Made by a program: the position numbers and the translations under genes. DNA of 64,000 bases from Auanema rhodensis (Eukaryota; Animalia; Nematoda): assembly GCA_964057225.1 (NCBI GenBank), contig OZ059900.1:22692001-22756000 (forward strand). Reading direction: 5' to 3'. The notes below the pieces were generated by a model. It was given only the letters and a program-made list of their open reading frames with translations, was not told where the DNA came from and searched no databases. Shown here piece by piece: positions 1 through 14,245 of the stretch (its first letter is position 1; each line of letters starts with the position of its first letter).

Positions 1-757
1 TAATGAAAAACTTTCAGAGCCTGCACTGATAATATAACTGGCAACAGGCAATACGCAAACATTTGAATGACAGCTTTATTACAATACGACTTAGTTTACT
101 CAATCATACCAATCTTCATGAACACGGACTGTTTGTGTAATAGATAATAGCAATAATAGTTTCGTTTCTGTTTTTAATTAACTTTCCTGTACGCGAGTTA
201 TAATATTTAGAACGTGATTCCTTGATTATGAAAAATTTTTAGAGCCTGCACTGATAATATAACTGGAAACAGACAGTACGCGATACGCAAATATTTGAAT
301 GACTGCTTTATTACAATACGACTTAGTTTACTCAATTATATCAAGCTTCATGAACACGGACTGCTTGTGTAATATATAATAGCAATAATAGTTTCGTTTC
401 TGTTTTTAATTATCTTTCCTGTACGCGAGTTATAATATTTAGAACGTGATTCTTTGATTATGAAAAATTTTTAGAGCCTGCACTGATAATATAACTGGAA
501 ACAGGCAGTACGCGATACGCAAATATTTGAATGACTGCTTTATTACAATACGACTTAGCTTACTCAATCATATCAAGCTTCATGAACAGGGACTGTTTGT
601 GTAATAGATGATAGCAATGATAGTTTCGTTTCTTTTTTTAATTAACTTTCCAGTACGCGAGTTATCATATTTAGAACGCGATTGCTTCATAATGAAAAAT
701 GTTTAGAGCCTGCACTGATAATATAACTGGAAACAGGCAGTACGCGATACGCAAATA

Positions 758-3700
758 TTTGAATGACAGCTTTATTACAATACGACTTAGTTTACTCAAT
801 TATATCAAGCTTCATGAACACGGACTGCTTGTGTAATATATAATAGCAATAATAGTTTCGTTTCTGTTTTTAATTAACTTTCCTGTACGCGAGTTATAAT
901 ATTTAGAACGTGATTCCTTGATTATGAAAAACTTTCAGAGCCTGCACTGATAATATAATTGGAAACAGGCAGTACGCAATACGCAAACATTTGAATGACA
1001 GCTTTATTACAATACGACTTAGTTTACTCAATTATATCAAGCTTCATGAACACGGACTGCTTGTGTAATATATAATAGCAATAATAGTTTCGTTTCTGTT
1101 TTTAATTAACTTTCCTGTACGCGAGTTGTAATATTTAGAACGTGATTCCTTGATTATGAAAAACTTTCAGAGCCTGCACTGATAATATAATTGGAAACAG
1201 GCAGTACGCAATACGCAAACATTTGAATGACAGCTTTAATACAATACGACTTAGCTTACTCAATCATATCAAGCTTCATGAACAGGGACTGTTTGTGTAA
1301 TAGATGATAGCAATGATAGTTTTGTTTCTTTTTTTAATTAACTTTCCAGTACGCGAGTTATCATATTTAGAAAGCGATTGCTTCATAATGAAAAATATTT
1401 AGAGCCTGCACTGATAATATAACTGGCAACAGGCAATACGCAAACATTTGAATGACAGCTTTATTACAATACGACTTAGTTTACTCAATCATACCAATCT
1501 TCATGAACACGGACTGTTTGTGTAATAGATAATAGCAATAATAGTTTCGTTTCTGTTTTTAATTAACTTTCCTGTACGCGAGTTATAATATTTAGAACGT
1601 GATTCCTTGATTATGAAAAATTTTTAGAGCCTGCACTGATAATATAACTGGAAACAGGCAGTACGCGATACGCAAATATTTGAATTACAGCTTTAATACA
1701 ATACGACTTAGCTTACTCAATCATATCAAGCTTCATGAACAGGGACTGTTTGTGTAATAGATGATAGCAATGATAGTTTCGTTTTTTTTTTAAATTAACT
1801 TTCCAGTACGCGAGTTATAATATTTAGAACGTGATTTCTTGATTATGAAAAATTTTTAGAGCCTGCACTGATAATATAACTGGAAACAGGCAGTACGCGA
1901 TACGCAAATATTTGAATGACAGCTTTAATACAATACGACTTAGCTTACTCAATCATATCAAGCTTCATGAACAGGGACTGTTTGTGTAATAGATGATAGC
2001 AATGATAGTTTCGTTTCTTTTTTTAAGTAACTTTCCTGTACGCGAGTTATAATATTTAGAACGTGATTCCTTGATTATAAAAACTTTCAGAGCCTGCACT
2101 GATAATATAATTGGAAACAGGCAGTACGCAATACGCAAACATTTGAATGACAGCTTTATTACAATACGACTTAGTTTACTCAATCATATCAAGCTTCATG
2201 AACACGGACTGTTTGTGCAATAGATGATAGCAATGATAGTTTCGTTTCTTTTTTTAATTAACTTTCCAGTACGCGAGGTATAATATTTAGAACGCGATTC
2301 CTTGATAATGAAAAACTTTCAGAGCCTGCACTGATAATATAATTGGAAACAGGCAGTACGCAATACGCAAACATTTGAATGACAGCTTTATTACAATACG
2401 ACTTAGTTTACTCAATTATATCAAGCTTCATGAACACGGACTGTTTGTGTAATAGATGATAGCAATGATAGTTTCGTTTCTTTTTTTAATTAACTTTCCA
2501 GTACGCGAGTTATCATATTTAGAAAGCGATTGCTTCATAATGAAAAATATTTAGAGCCTGCACTGATAATATAACTGGCAACAGGCAATACGCAAACATT
2601 TGAATGACAGCTTTATTACAATACGACTTAGTTTACTCAATCATACCAATCTTCATGAACACGGACTGTTTGTGTAATAGATAATAGCAATAATAGTTTC
2701 GTTTCTGTTTTTAATTAACTTTCCTGTACGCGAGTTATAATATTTAGAACGCGATTCCTTGATTATGAAAAATTTTTAGAGCCTGCACTGATAATATAAC
2801 TGGAAACAGACAGTACGCGATACGCAAATATTTGAATGACTGCTTTATTACAATACGACTTAGTTTACTCAATTATATCAAGCTTCATGAACACGGACTG
2901 CTTGTGTAATATATAATAGCAATAATAGTTTCGTTTCTGTTTTTAATTATCTTTCCTGTACGCGAGTTATAATATTTAGAACGTGATTCTTTGATTATGA
3001 AAAATTTTTAGAGCCTGCACTGATAATATAACTGGAAACAGGCAGTACGCGATACGCAAATATTTGAATGACTGCTTTATTACAATACGACTTAGCTTAC
3101 TCAATCATATCAAGCTTCATGAACAGGGACTGTTTGTGTAATAGATGATAGCAATGATAGTTTCGTTTCTTTTTTTAATTAACTTTCCAGTACGCGAGTT
3201 ATAATATTTAGAACGTGATTTCTTGATTATGAAAAATTTTTAGAGCCTGCACTGATAATATAACTGGAAACAGGCAGTACGCGATACGCAAATATTTGAA
3301 TTACAGCTTTAATACAATACGACTTAGCTTACTCAATCATATCAAGCTTCATGAACAGGGACTGTTTGTGTAATAGATGATAGCAATGATAGTTTCGTTT
3401 TTTTTTTAATTAACTTTCCAGTACGCGAGTTATAATATTTAGAACGTGATTTCTTGATTATGAAAAATTTTTAGAGCCTGCACTGATAATATAACTGGAA
3501 ACAGGCAGTACGCGATACGCAAATATTTGAATGACAGCTTTAATACAATACGACTTAGCTTACTCAATCATATCAAGCTTCATGAACAGGGACTGTTTGT
3601 GTAATAGATGATAGCAATGATAGTTTCGTTTCTTTTTTTAAGTAACTTTCCTGTACGCGAGTTATAATATTTAGAACGTGATTCCTTGATTATAAAAACT

Positions 3701-6700
3701 TTCAGAGCCTGCACTGATAATATAATTGGAAACAGGCAGTACGCAATACGCAAACATTTGAATGACAGCTTTATTACAATACGACTTAGTTTACTCAATT
3801 ATATCAAGCTTCATGAACACGGACTGCTTGTGTAATATATAATAGCAATAATAGTTTCGTTTCTGTTTTTAATTAACTTTCCTGTACGCGAGTTATAATA
3901 TTTAGAACGTGATTCCTTGATTATGAAAAACTTTCAGAGCCTGCACTGATAATATAATTGGAAACAGGCAGTACGCAATACGCAAACATTTGAATGACAG
4001 CTTTATTACAATACGACTTAGTTTACTCAATTATATCAAGCTTCATGAACACGGACTGCTTGTGTAATATATAATAGCAATAATAGTTTCGTTTCTGTTT
4101 TTAATTAACTTTCCTGTACGCGAGTTGTAATATTTAGAACGTGATTCCTTGATTATGAAAAACTTTCAGAGCCTGCACTGATAATATAATTGGAAACAGG
4201 CAGTACGCAATACGCAAACATTTGAATGACAGCTTTAATACAATACGACTTAGCTTACTCAATCATATCAAGCTTCATGAACAGGGACTGTTTGTGTAAT
4301 AGATGATAGCAATGATAGTTTTGTTTCTTTTTTTAATTAACTTTCCAGTACGCGAGTTATCATATTTAGAAAGCGATTGCTTCATAATGAAAAATATTTA
4401 GAGCCTGCACTGATAATATAACTGGCAACAGGCAATACGCAAACATTTGAATGACAGCTTTATTACAATACGACTTAGTTTACTCAATCATACCAATCTT
4501 CATGAACACGGACTGTTTGTGTAATAGATAATAGCAATAATAGTTTCGTTTCTGTTTTTAATTAACTTTCCTGTACGCGAGTTATAATATTTAGAACGTG
4601 ATTCCTTGATTATGAAAAATTTTTAGAGCCTGCACTGATAATATAACTGGAAACAGGCAGTACGCGATACGCAAATATTTGAATTACAGCTTTAATACAA
4701 TACGACTTAGCTTACTCAATCATATCAAGCTTCATGAACAGGGACTGTTTGTGTAATAGATGATAGCAATGATAGTTTCGTTTTTTTTTTAAATTAACTT
4801 TCCAGTACGCGAGTTATAATATTTAGAACGTGATTTCTTGATTATGAAAAATTTTTAGAGCCTGCACTGATAATATAACTGGAAACAGGCAGTACGCGAT
4901 ACGCAAATATTTGAATGACAGCTTTAATACAATACGACTTAGCTTACTCAATCATATCAAGCTTCATGAACAGGGACTGTTTGTGTAATAGATGATAGCA
5001 ATGATAGTTTCGTTTCTTTTTTTAAGTAACTTTCCTGTACGCGAGTTATAATATTTAGAACGTGATTCCTTGATTATAAAAACTTTCAGAGCCTGCACTG
5101 ATAATATAATTGGAAACAGGCAGTACGCAATACGCAAACATTTGAATGACAGCTTTATTACAATACGACTTAGTTTACTCAATCATATCAAGCTTCATGA
5201 ACACGGACTGTTTGTGCAATAGATGATAGCAATGATAGTTTCGTTTCTTTTTTTAATTAACTTTCCAGTACGCGAGGTATAATATTTAGAACGCGATTCC
5301 TTGATAATGAAAAACTTTCAGAGCCTGCACTGATAATATAATTGGAAACAGGCAGTACGCAATACGCAAACATTTGAATGACAGCTTTATTACAATACGA
5401 CTTAGTTTACTCAATTATATCAAGCTTCATGAACACGGACTGTTTGTGTAATAGATGATAGCAATGATAGTTTCGTTTCTTTTTTTAATTAACTTTCCAG
5501 TACGCGAGTTATCATATTTAGAAAGCGATTGCTTCATAATGAAAAATATTTAGAGCCTGCACTGATAATATAACTGGCAACAGGCAATACGCAAACATTT
5601 GAATGACAGCTTTATTACAATACGACTTAGTTTACTCAATCATACCAATCTTCATGAACACGGACTGTTTGTGTAATAGATAATAGCAATAATAGTTTCG
5701 TTTCTGTTTTTAATTAACTTTCCTGTACGCGAGTTATAATATTTAGAACGCGATTCCTTGATTATGAAAAATTTTTAGAGCCTGCACTGATAATATAACT
5801 GGAAACAGACAGTACGCGATACGCAAATATTTGAATGACTGCTTTATTACAATACGACTTAGTTTACTCAATTATATCAAGCTTCATGAACACGGACTGC
5901 TTGTGTAATATATAATAGCAATAATAGTTTCGTTTCTGTTTTTAATTATCTTTCCTGTACGCGAGTTATAATATTTAGAACGTGATTCTTTGATTATGAA
6001 AAATTTTTAGAGCCTGCACTGATAATATAACTGGAAACAGGCAGTACGCGATACGCAAATATTTGAATGACTGCTTTATTACAATACGACTTAGCTTACT
6101 CAATCATATCAAGCTTCATGAACAGGGACTGTTTGTGTAATAGATGATAGCAATGATAGTTTCGTTTCTTTTTTTAATTAACTTTCCAGTACGCGAGTTA
6201 TAATATTTAGAACGTGATTTCTTGATTATGAAAAATTTTTAGAGCCTGCACTGATAATATAACTGGAAACAGGCAGTACGCGATACGCAAATATTTGAAT
6301 TACAGCTTTAATACAATACGACTTAGCTTACTCAATCATATCAAGCTTCATGAACAGGGACTGTTTGTGTAATAGATGATAGCAATGATAGTTTCGTTTT
6401 TTTTTTAATTAACTTTCCAGTACGCGAGTTATAATATTTAGAACGTGATTTCTTGATTATGAAAAATTTTTAGAGCCTGCACTGATAATATAACTGGAAA
6501 CAGGCAGTACGCGATACGCAAATATTTGAATGACAGCTTTAATACAATACGACTTAGCTTACTCAATCATATCAAGCTTCAAGAACAGGGACTGTTTGTG
6601 TAATAGATGATAGCAATGATAGTTTCGTTTCTTTTTTTAAGTAACTTTCCTGTACGCGAGTTATAATATTTAGAACGTGATTCCTTGATTATAAAAACTT

Positions 6701-6798
6701 TCAGAGCCTGCACTGATAATATAATTGGAAACAGGCAGTACGCAATACGCAAACATTTGAATGACAGCTTTATTACAATACGACTTAGTTTACTCAAT
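758..6798 (+). repeat. Tandem duplication of a 13-monomer block (2999-bp period) in satellite A
   Basis: About 758-3799 matches about 3757-6798 at offset 2999. Rare variants recur at that offset (GAGTTGTAAT, GCGAGGTAT, AAACAGACAG, TTATAAAAACT). There are 13 anchor intervals between 937 and 3936, and the ORF track repeats at 1965/4964 and 3580/6579. Confidence 0.93.
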
Positions 6799-9700
6799 CA
6801 TATCAAGCTTCATGAACACGGACTGTTTGTGCAATAGATGATAGCAATGATAGTTTCGTTTCTTTTTTTAATTAACTTTCCAGTACGCGAGGTATAATAT
6901 TTAGAACGCGATTCCTTGATAATGAAAAACTTTCAGAGCCTGCACTGCTAATATAATTGGAAACAGGCAGTACGCAATACGCAAACATTTGAATGACAGC
7001 TTTATTACAATACGACTTAGTTTACTCAATTATATCAAGCTTCATGAACACGGACTGTTTGTGTAATAGATGATAGCAATGATAGTTTCGTTTCTTTTTT
7101 TAATTAACTTTCCAGTACGCGAGTTATCATATTTAGAAAGCGATTGCTTCATAATGAAAAATATTTAGAGCCTGCACTGATAATATAACTGGCAACAGGC
7201 AATACGCAAACATTTGAATGACAGCTTTATTACAATACGACTTAGTTTACTCAATCATACCAATCTTCATGAACACGGACTGTTTGTGTAATAGATAATA
7301 GCAATAATAGTTTCGTTTCTGTTTTTAATTAACTTTCCTGTACGCGAGTTATAATATTTAGAACGTGATTCCTTGATTATGAAAAATTTTTAGAGCCTGC
7401 ACTGATAATATAACTGGAAACAGACAGTACGCGATACGCAAACATTTGAATGACAGCTTTATTACAATACGACTTAGTTTACTCAATCATACCAATCTTC
7501 ATGAACACGGACTGTTTGTGTAATAGATAATAGCAATAATAGTTTCGTTTCTGTTTTTAATTAACTTTCCTGTACGCGAGTTATAATATTTAGAACGTGA
7601 TTCCTTGATTATGAAAAATTTTTAGAGCCTGCACTGATAATATAATTGGAAACAGGCAGTACGCAATACGCAAACATTTGAATGACAGCTTTATTACAAT
7701 ACGACTTAGTTTACTCAATCATATCAAGCTTCATGAACACGGACTGTTTGTGCAATAGATGATAGCAATGATAGTTTCGTTTCTTTTTTTAATTAACTTT
7801 CCAGTACGCGAGGTATAATATTTAGAACGCGATTCCTTGATAATGAAAAACTTTCAGAGCCTGCACTGATAATATAATTGGAAACAGGCAGTACGCAATA
7901 CGCAAACATTTGAATGACAGCTTTATTACAATACGACTTAGTTTACTCAATCATACCAATCTTCATGAACACGGACTGTTTGTGTAATAGATAATAGCAA
8001 TAATAGTTTCGTTTCTGTTTTTAATTAACTTTCCTGTACGCGAGTTATAATATTTAGAACGTGATTCTTTGATTATGAAAAATTTTTAGAGCCTGCACTG
8101 ATAATATAACTGGAAACAGGCAGTACGCGATACGCAAATATTTGAATGACTGCTTTATTACAATACGACTTAGCTTACTCAATCATATCAAGCTTCATGA
8201 ACAGGGACTGTTTGTGTAATAGATGATAGCAATGATAGTTTCGTTTCTTTTTTTAATTAACTTTCCAGTACGCGAGTTATAATATTTAGAACGTGATTTC
8301 TTGATTATGAAAAATTTTTAGAGCCTGCACTGATAATATAACTGGAAACAGGCAGTACGCGATACGCAAATATTTGAATGACAGCTTTAATACAATACGA
8401 CTTAGCTTACTCAATCATATCAAGCTTCATGAACAGGGACTGTTTGTGTAATAGATGATAGCAATGATAGTTTCGTTTCTTTTTTTAATTAACTTTCCAG
8501 TACGCGAGTTATAATATTTAGAACGTGATTTCTTGATTATGAAAAATTTTTAGAGCCTGCACTGATAATATAACTGGAAACAGGCAGTACGCGATACGCA
8601 AATATTTGAATGACAGCTTTAATACAATACGACTTAGCTTACTCAATCATATCAAGCTTCATGAACAGGGACTGTTTGTGTAATAGATGATAGCAATGAT
8701 AGTTTCGTTTCTTTTTTTAAGTAACTTTCCAGTACGCGAGTTATCATATTTAGAACGCGATTGCTTCATAATGAAAAATGTTTAGAGCCTGCACTGATAA
8801 TATAACTGGCAACAGGCAGTACGCAAACATTTGAATGACAGCTTTATTACAATACGACTTAGTTTACTCAATCATATCAAGCTTCATGAACACGGACTGT
8901 TTGTGCAATAGATGATAGCAATGATAGTTTCGTTTCTTTTTTTAATTAACTTTCCAGTACGCGAGGTATAATATTTAGAACGCGATTCCTTGATAATGAA
9001 AAACTTTCAGAGCCTGCACTGATAATATAATTGGAAACAGGCAGTACGCAATACGCAAACATTTGAATGACAGCTTTATTACAATACGACTTAGTTTACT
9101 CAATTATATCAAGCTTCATGAACACGGACTGCTTGTGTAATATATAATAGCAATAATAGTTTCGTTTCTGTTTTTAATTAACTTTCCTGTACGCGAGTTA
9201 TAATATTTAGAACGTGATTCCTTGATTATGAAAAATTTTTAGAGCCTGCACTGATAATATAACTGGAAACAGGCAGTACGCGATACGCAAATATTTGAAT
9301 GACAGCTTCATTACAATACGACTTAGTTTACTCAATTATATCAAGCTTCATGAACACGGACTGCTTGTGTAATATATAATAGCAATAATAGTTTCGTTTC
9401 TGTTTTTAATTAACTTTCCTGTACGCGAGTTATAATATTTAGAACGTGATTCCTTGATTATGAAAAACTTTCAGAGCCTGCACTGATAATATAATTGGGA
9501 ACAGGCAGTACGCAATACGCAAACATTTGAATGACAGCTTTATTACAATACGACTTAGTTTACTCAATTATATCAAGCTTCATGAACACGGACTGCTTGT
9601 GTAATATATAATAGCAATAATAGTTTCGTTTCTGTTTTTAATTAATTTTCCTGTACGCGAGTTATAATATTTAGAACGTGATTCCTTGATTATGAAAAAC

Positions 9701-12700
9701 TTTCAGAGCCTGCACTGATAATATAATTGGAAACAGGCAGTACGCAATACGCAAACATTTGAATGACAGCTTTATTACAATACGACTTAGTTTACTCAAT
9801 TATATCAAGCTTCATGAACACGGACTGTTTGTGCAATAGATGATAGCAATGATAATTTCGTTTCTTTTTTCAATTAACTTTCCAATACGCGAGTTATTAT
9901 ATTTAGAACGTGATTCCTTCATAATGAAAAATTTTTAGAGCCTGCACTGATAATATGACTGGAAACAGGCAGTACGCGATACGCAAATATTTGAATGACT
10001 GCTTTATTACAATACGACTTAGTTTACTCAATTATATCAAGCTTCATGAACACGGACTGCTTGTGTAATATATAATAGCAATAATAGTTTCGTTTCTGTT
10101 TTTAATTAACTTTCCTGTACGCGAGTTATAATATTTAGAACGTGATTCTTTGATTATGAAAAACTTTCAGAGCCTGCACTGATAATATAATTGGAAACAG
10201 GCAGTACGCAATACGCAAACATTTGAATGACAGCTTTATTACAATACGACTTAGTTTACTCAATTATATCAAGCTTCATGAACACGGACTGCTTGTGTAA
10301 TATATAATAGCAATAATAGTTTCGTTTCTGTTTTTAATTAACTTTCCTGTACGCGAGTTATAATATTTAGAACGTGATTCCTTGATTATGAAAAACTTTC
10401 AGAGCCTGCACTGATAATATAATTGGAAACAGGCAGTACGCAATACGCAAACATTTGAATGACAGCTTTATTACAATACGACTTAGTTTACTCAATCATA
10501 CCAATCTTCATGAACACGGACTGTTTGTGTAATAGATAATAGCAATAATAGTTTCGTTTCTGTTTTTAATTAACTTTCCTGTACGCGAGTTATAATATTT
10601 AGAACGTGATTCCTTGATTATGAAAAATTTTTAGAGCCTGCACTGATAATATAACTGGAAACAGGCAGTACGCGATACGCAAATATTTGAATGACAGCTT
10701 TATTACAATACGACTTAGTTTACTCAATCATACCAATCTTCATGAACAGGGACTGTTTGTGTAATAGATGATAGCAATAATAGTTTCGTTTCTGTTTTTA
10801 ATTAACTTTCCTGTACGCGAGTTATCATATTTAGAACGCGATTGCTTCATAATGAAAAATGTTTAGAGCCTGCACTGATAATATAACTGGCAACAGGCAA
10901 TACGCAAACATTTGAATGACAGCTTTATTACAATACGACTTAGTTTACTCAATCATACCAATCTTCATGAACACCGACTGTTTGTGTAATAGATAATAAG
11001 CAATAATAGTTTCGTTTCTGTTTTTAATTAACTTTCCTGTACGCGAGTTATAATATTTAGAACGTGATTCCTTGATTATGAAAAATTTTTAGAGCCTGCA
11101 CTGATAATATAACTGGAAACAGGCAGTACGCGATACGCAAATATTTGAATGACAGCTTTATTACAATACGACTTAGTTTACTCAATTATATCAAGCTTCA
11201 TGAACACGGACTGCTTGTGTAATATATAATAGCAATAATAGTTTCGTTTCTGTTTTTAATTAACTTTCCTGTACGCGAGTTATAATATTTAGAACGTGAT
11301 TCCTTGATTATGAAAAACTTTCAGAGCCTGCACTGATAATATAATTGGAAACAGGCAGTACGCAATACGCAAACATTTGAATGACAGCTTTATTACAATA
11401 CGACTTAGTTTACTCAATTATATCAAGCTTCATGAACACGGACTGCTTGTGTAATATATAATAGCAATAATAGTTTCGTTTCTGTTTTTAATTAACTTTC
11501 CTGTACGCGAGTTATAATATTTAGAACGTGATTCCTTGATTATGAAAAACTTTCAGAGCCTGCACTGATAATATAATTGGAAACAGGCAGTACGCAATAC
11601 GCAAACATTTGAATGACAGCTTTATTACAATACGACTTAGTTTACTCAATCATACCAATCTTCATGAACACGGACTGTTTGTGTAATAGATAATAGCAAT
11701 AATAGTTTCGTTTCTGTTTTTAATTAACTTTCCTGTACGCGAGTTATAATATTTAGAACGTGATTCCTTGATTATGAAAAATTTTTAGAGCCTGCACTGA
11801 TAATATAACTGGAAACAGGCAGTACGCGATACGCAAATATTTGAATTACAGCTTTAATACAATACGACTTAGCTTACTCAATCATATCAAGCTTCATGAA
11901 CAGGGACTGTTTGTGTAATAGATGATAGCAATGATAGTTTCGTTTCTTTTTTTAATTAACTTTCCAGTACGCGAGTTATAATATTTAGAACGTGATTCCT
12001 TGATTATGAAAAACTTTCAGAGCCTGCACTGATAATATAATTGGAAACAGGCAGTACGCAATACGCAAACATTTGAATGACAGCTTTATTACAATACGAC
12101 TTAGTTTACTCAATTATATCAAGCTTCATGAACACGGACTGCTTGTGTAATATATAATAGCAATAATAGTTTCGTTTCTGTTTTTAATTAACTTTCCTGT
12201 ACGCGAGTTATAATATTTAGAACGTGATTCCTTGATTATGAAAAACTTTCAGAGCCTGCACTGATAATATAACTGGAAACAGGCAATACTAAAACATTTC
12301 AATGATAGCTTTATTACAATAGGACTTAGTTTACTCAATCATATCAAGCTTCATGAACACGGACTGTTTGTGCAATAGATGATAGCAATGATAATTTCGT
12401 TTCTTTTTTCAATTAACTTTCCAATACGCGAGTTATTATATTTAGAACGTGATTCCTTGATTATGAAAAACTTTCAGAGCCTGCACTGATAATATAATTG
12501 GAAACAGGCAGTACGCAAACATTTGAATGACAGCTTTATTACAATAGGACTTAGTTTACTCAATCATATCAAGCTTCATGAACACGGACTGTTTGTGCAA
12601 TAGATGATAGCAATGATAATTTCGTTTCTTTTTTCAATTAACTTTCCAATACGCGAGTTATTATATTTAGAACGTGATTCCTTCATAATGAAAAATTTTT

Positions 12701-14245
12701 AGAGCCTGCACTGATAATATAACTGGAAACAGGCAATACTAAAACATTTCAATGACAGCTTTATTACAATAGGACTTAGTTTACTCAATCATATCAAGCT
12801 TCATGAACACGGACTGTTTGTGTAATATATAATAGCAATAATAGTTTCGTTTCTTTTTTTAATTAACTTTCCTGTACGCGAGTTATTATATTTAGAACGT
12901 GATTCCTTCATAATGAAAAATTTTTAGAGCCTGCACTGATAATATAACTGGAAACAGGCAATACTAAAACATTTCAATGACAGCTTTATTACAATAGGAC
13001 TTAGTTTACTCAATCATATCAAGCTTCATGAACACGGACTGTTTGTGCAATAGATGATAGCAATGATAATTTCGTTTCTTTTTTCAATTAACTTTCCAAT
13101 ACGCGAGTTATTATATTTAGAACGTGATTCCTTGATTATGAAAAACTTTCAGAGCCTGCACTGATAATATAATTGGAAACAGGCAGTACGCAAACATTTG
13201 AATGACAGCTTTATTACAATAGGACTTAGTTTACTCAATCATATCAATCTTCATTAACACGGACTGTTTGTGTAATATATAATAGCAATAATAGTTTCGT
13301 TTCTTTTTTTAATTAACTTTCCTGTACGCGAGTTATTATATTTAGAACGTGATTCCTTCATAATGAAAAATTTTTAGAGCCTGCACTGATAATATAACTG
13401 GCAACAGGCAGTACGCAATACGCAAACATTTGAATGGCAGCTTTATTACAATACGACTTAGTTTACTCAATTATATCAAGCTTCATGAACACGGACTGTT
13501 TGTGCAATAGATGATAGCAATGATAATTTCGTTTCTTTTTTCAATTAACTTTCCAGTACGCGAGTTATTATATTTAGAACGCGATTGCTTCATAATGAAA
13601 AATGTTTAGAGCCTGCACTGATAATATAACTGGCAACAGGCAATACGCAAACATTTGAATGACAGCTTTATTACAATACGACTTAGTTTACTCAATCATA
13701 TCAAGCTTCATGAACACGGACTGTTTGTGCAATAGATGATAGCAATGATAATTTCGTTTCTTTTTTCAATTAACTTTCCAGTACGCGAGTTATTATATTT
13801 AGAACGTGATTCCTTCATAATGAAAAATTTTTAGAGCCTGCACTGATAATATAACTGGAAACAGGCAATACTAAAACATTTCAATGACAGCTTTATTACA
13901 ATAGGACTTAGTTTACTCAATCATATCAAGCTTCATGAACACGGACTGTTTGTGCAATAGATGATAGCAATGATAATTTCGTTTCTTTTTTCAATTAACT
14001 TTCCAATACGCGAGTTATTATATTTAGAACGTGATTCCTTGATTATGAAAAACTTTCAGAGCCTGCACTGATAATATAATTGGAAACAGGCAGTACGCAA
14101 ACATTTGAATGACAGCTTTATTACAATACGACTTAGTTTACTCAATTATATCAAGCTTCATGAACACGGACTGTTTGTGCAATAGATGATAGCAATGATA
14201 ATTTCGTTTCTTTTTTTCAATTAACTTTCCAGTACGCGAGTTATT

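Noticed and set aside
1965-6797. Four identical 72-aa minus-strand ORFs (MSKLSRIVIK...)
   Set aside because: They lie wholly inside satellite A and appear only where a variant monomer (1-bp deletion plus TTAAGTAAC) removes stops. Their identity reflects block duplication. There is no recognisable domain or gene context.
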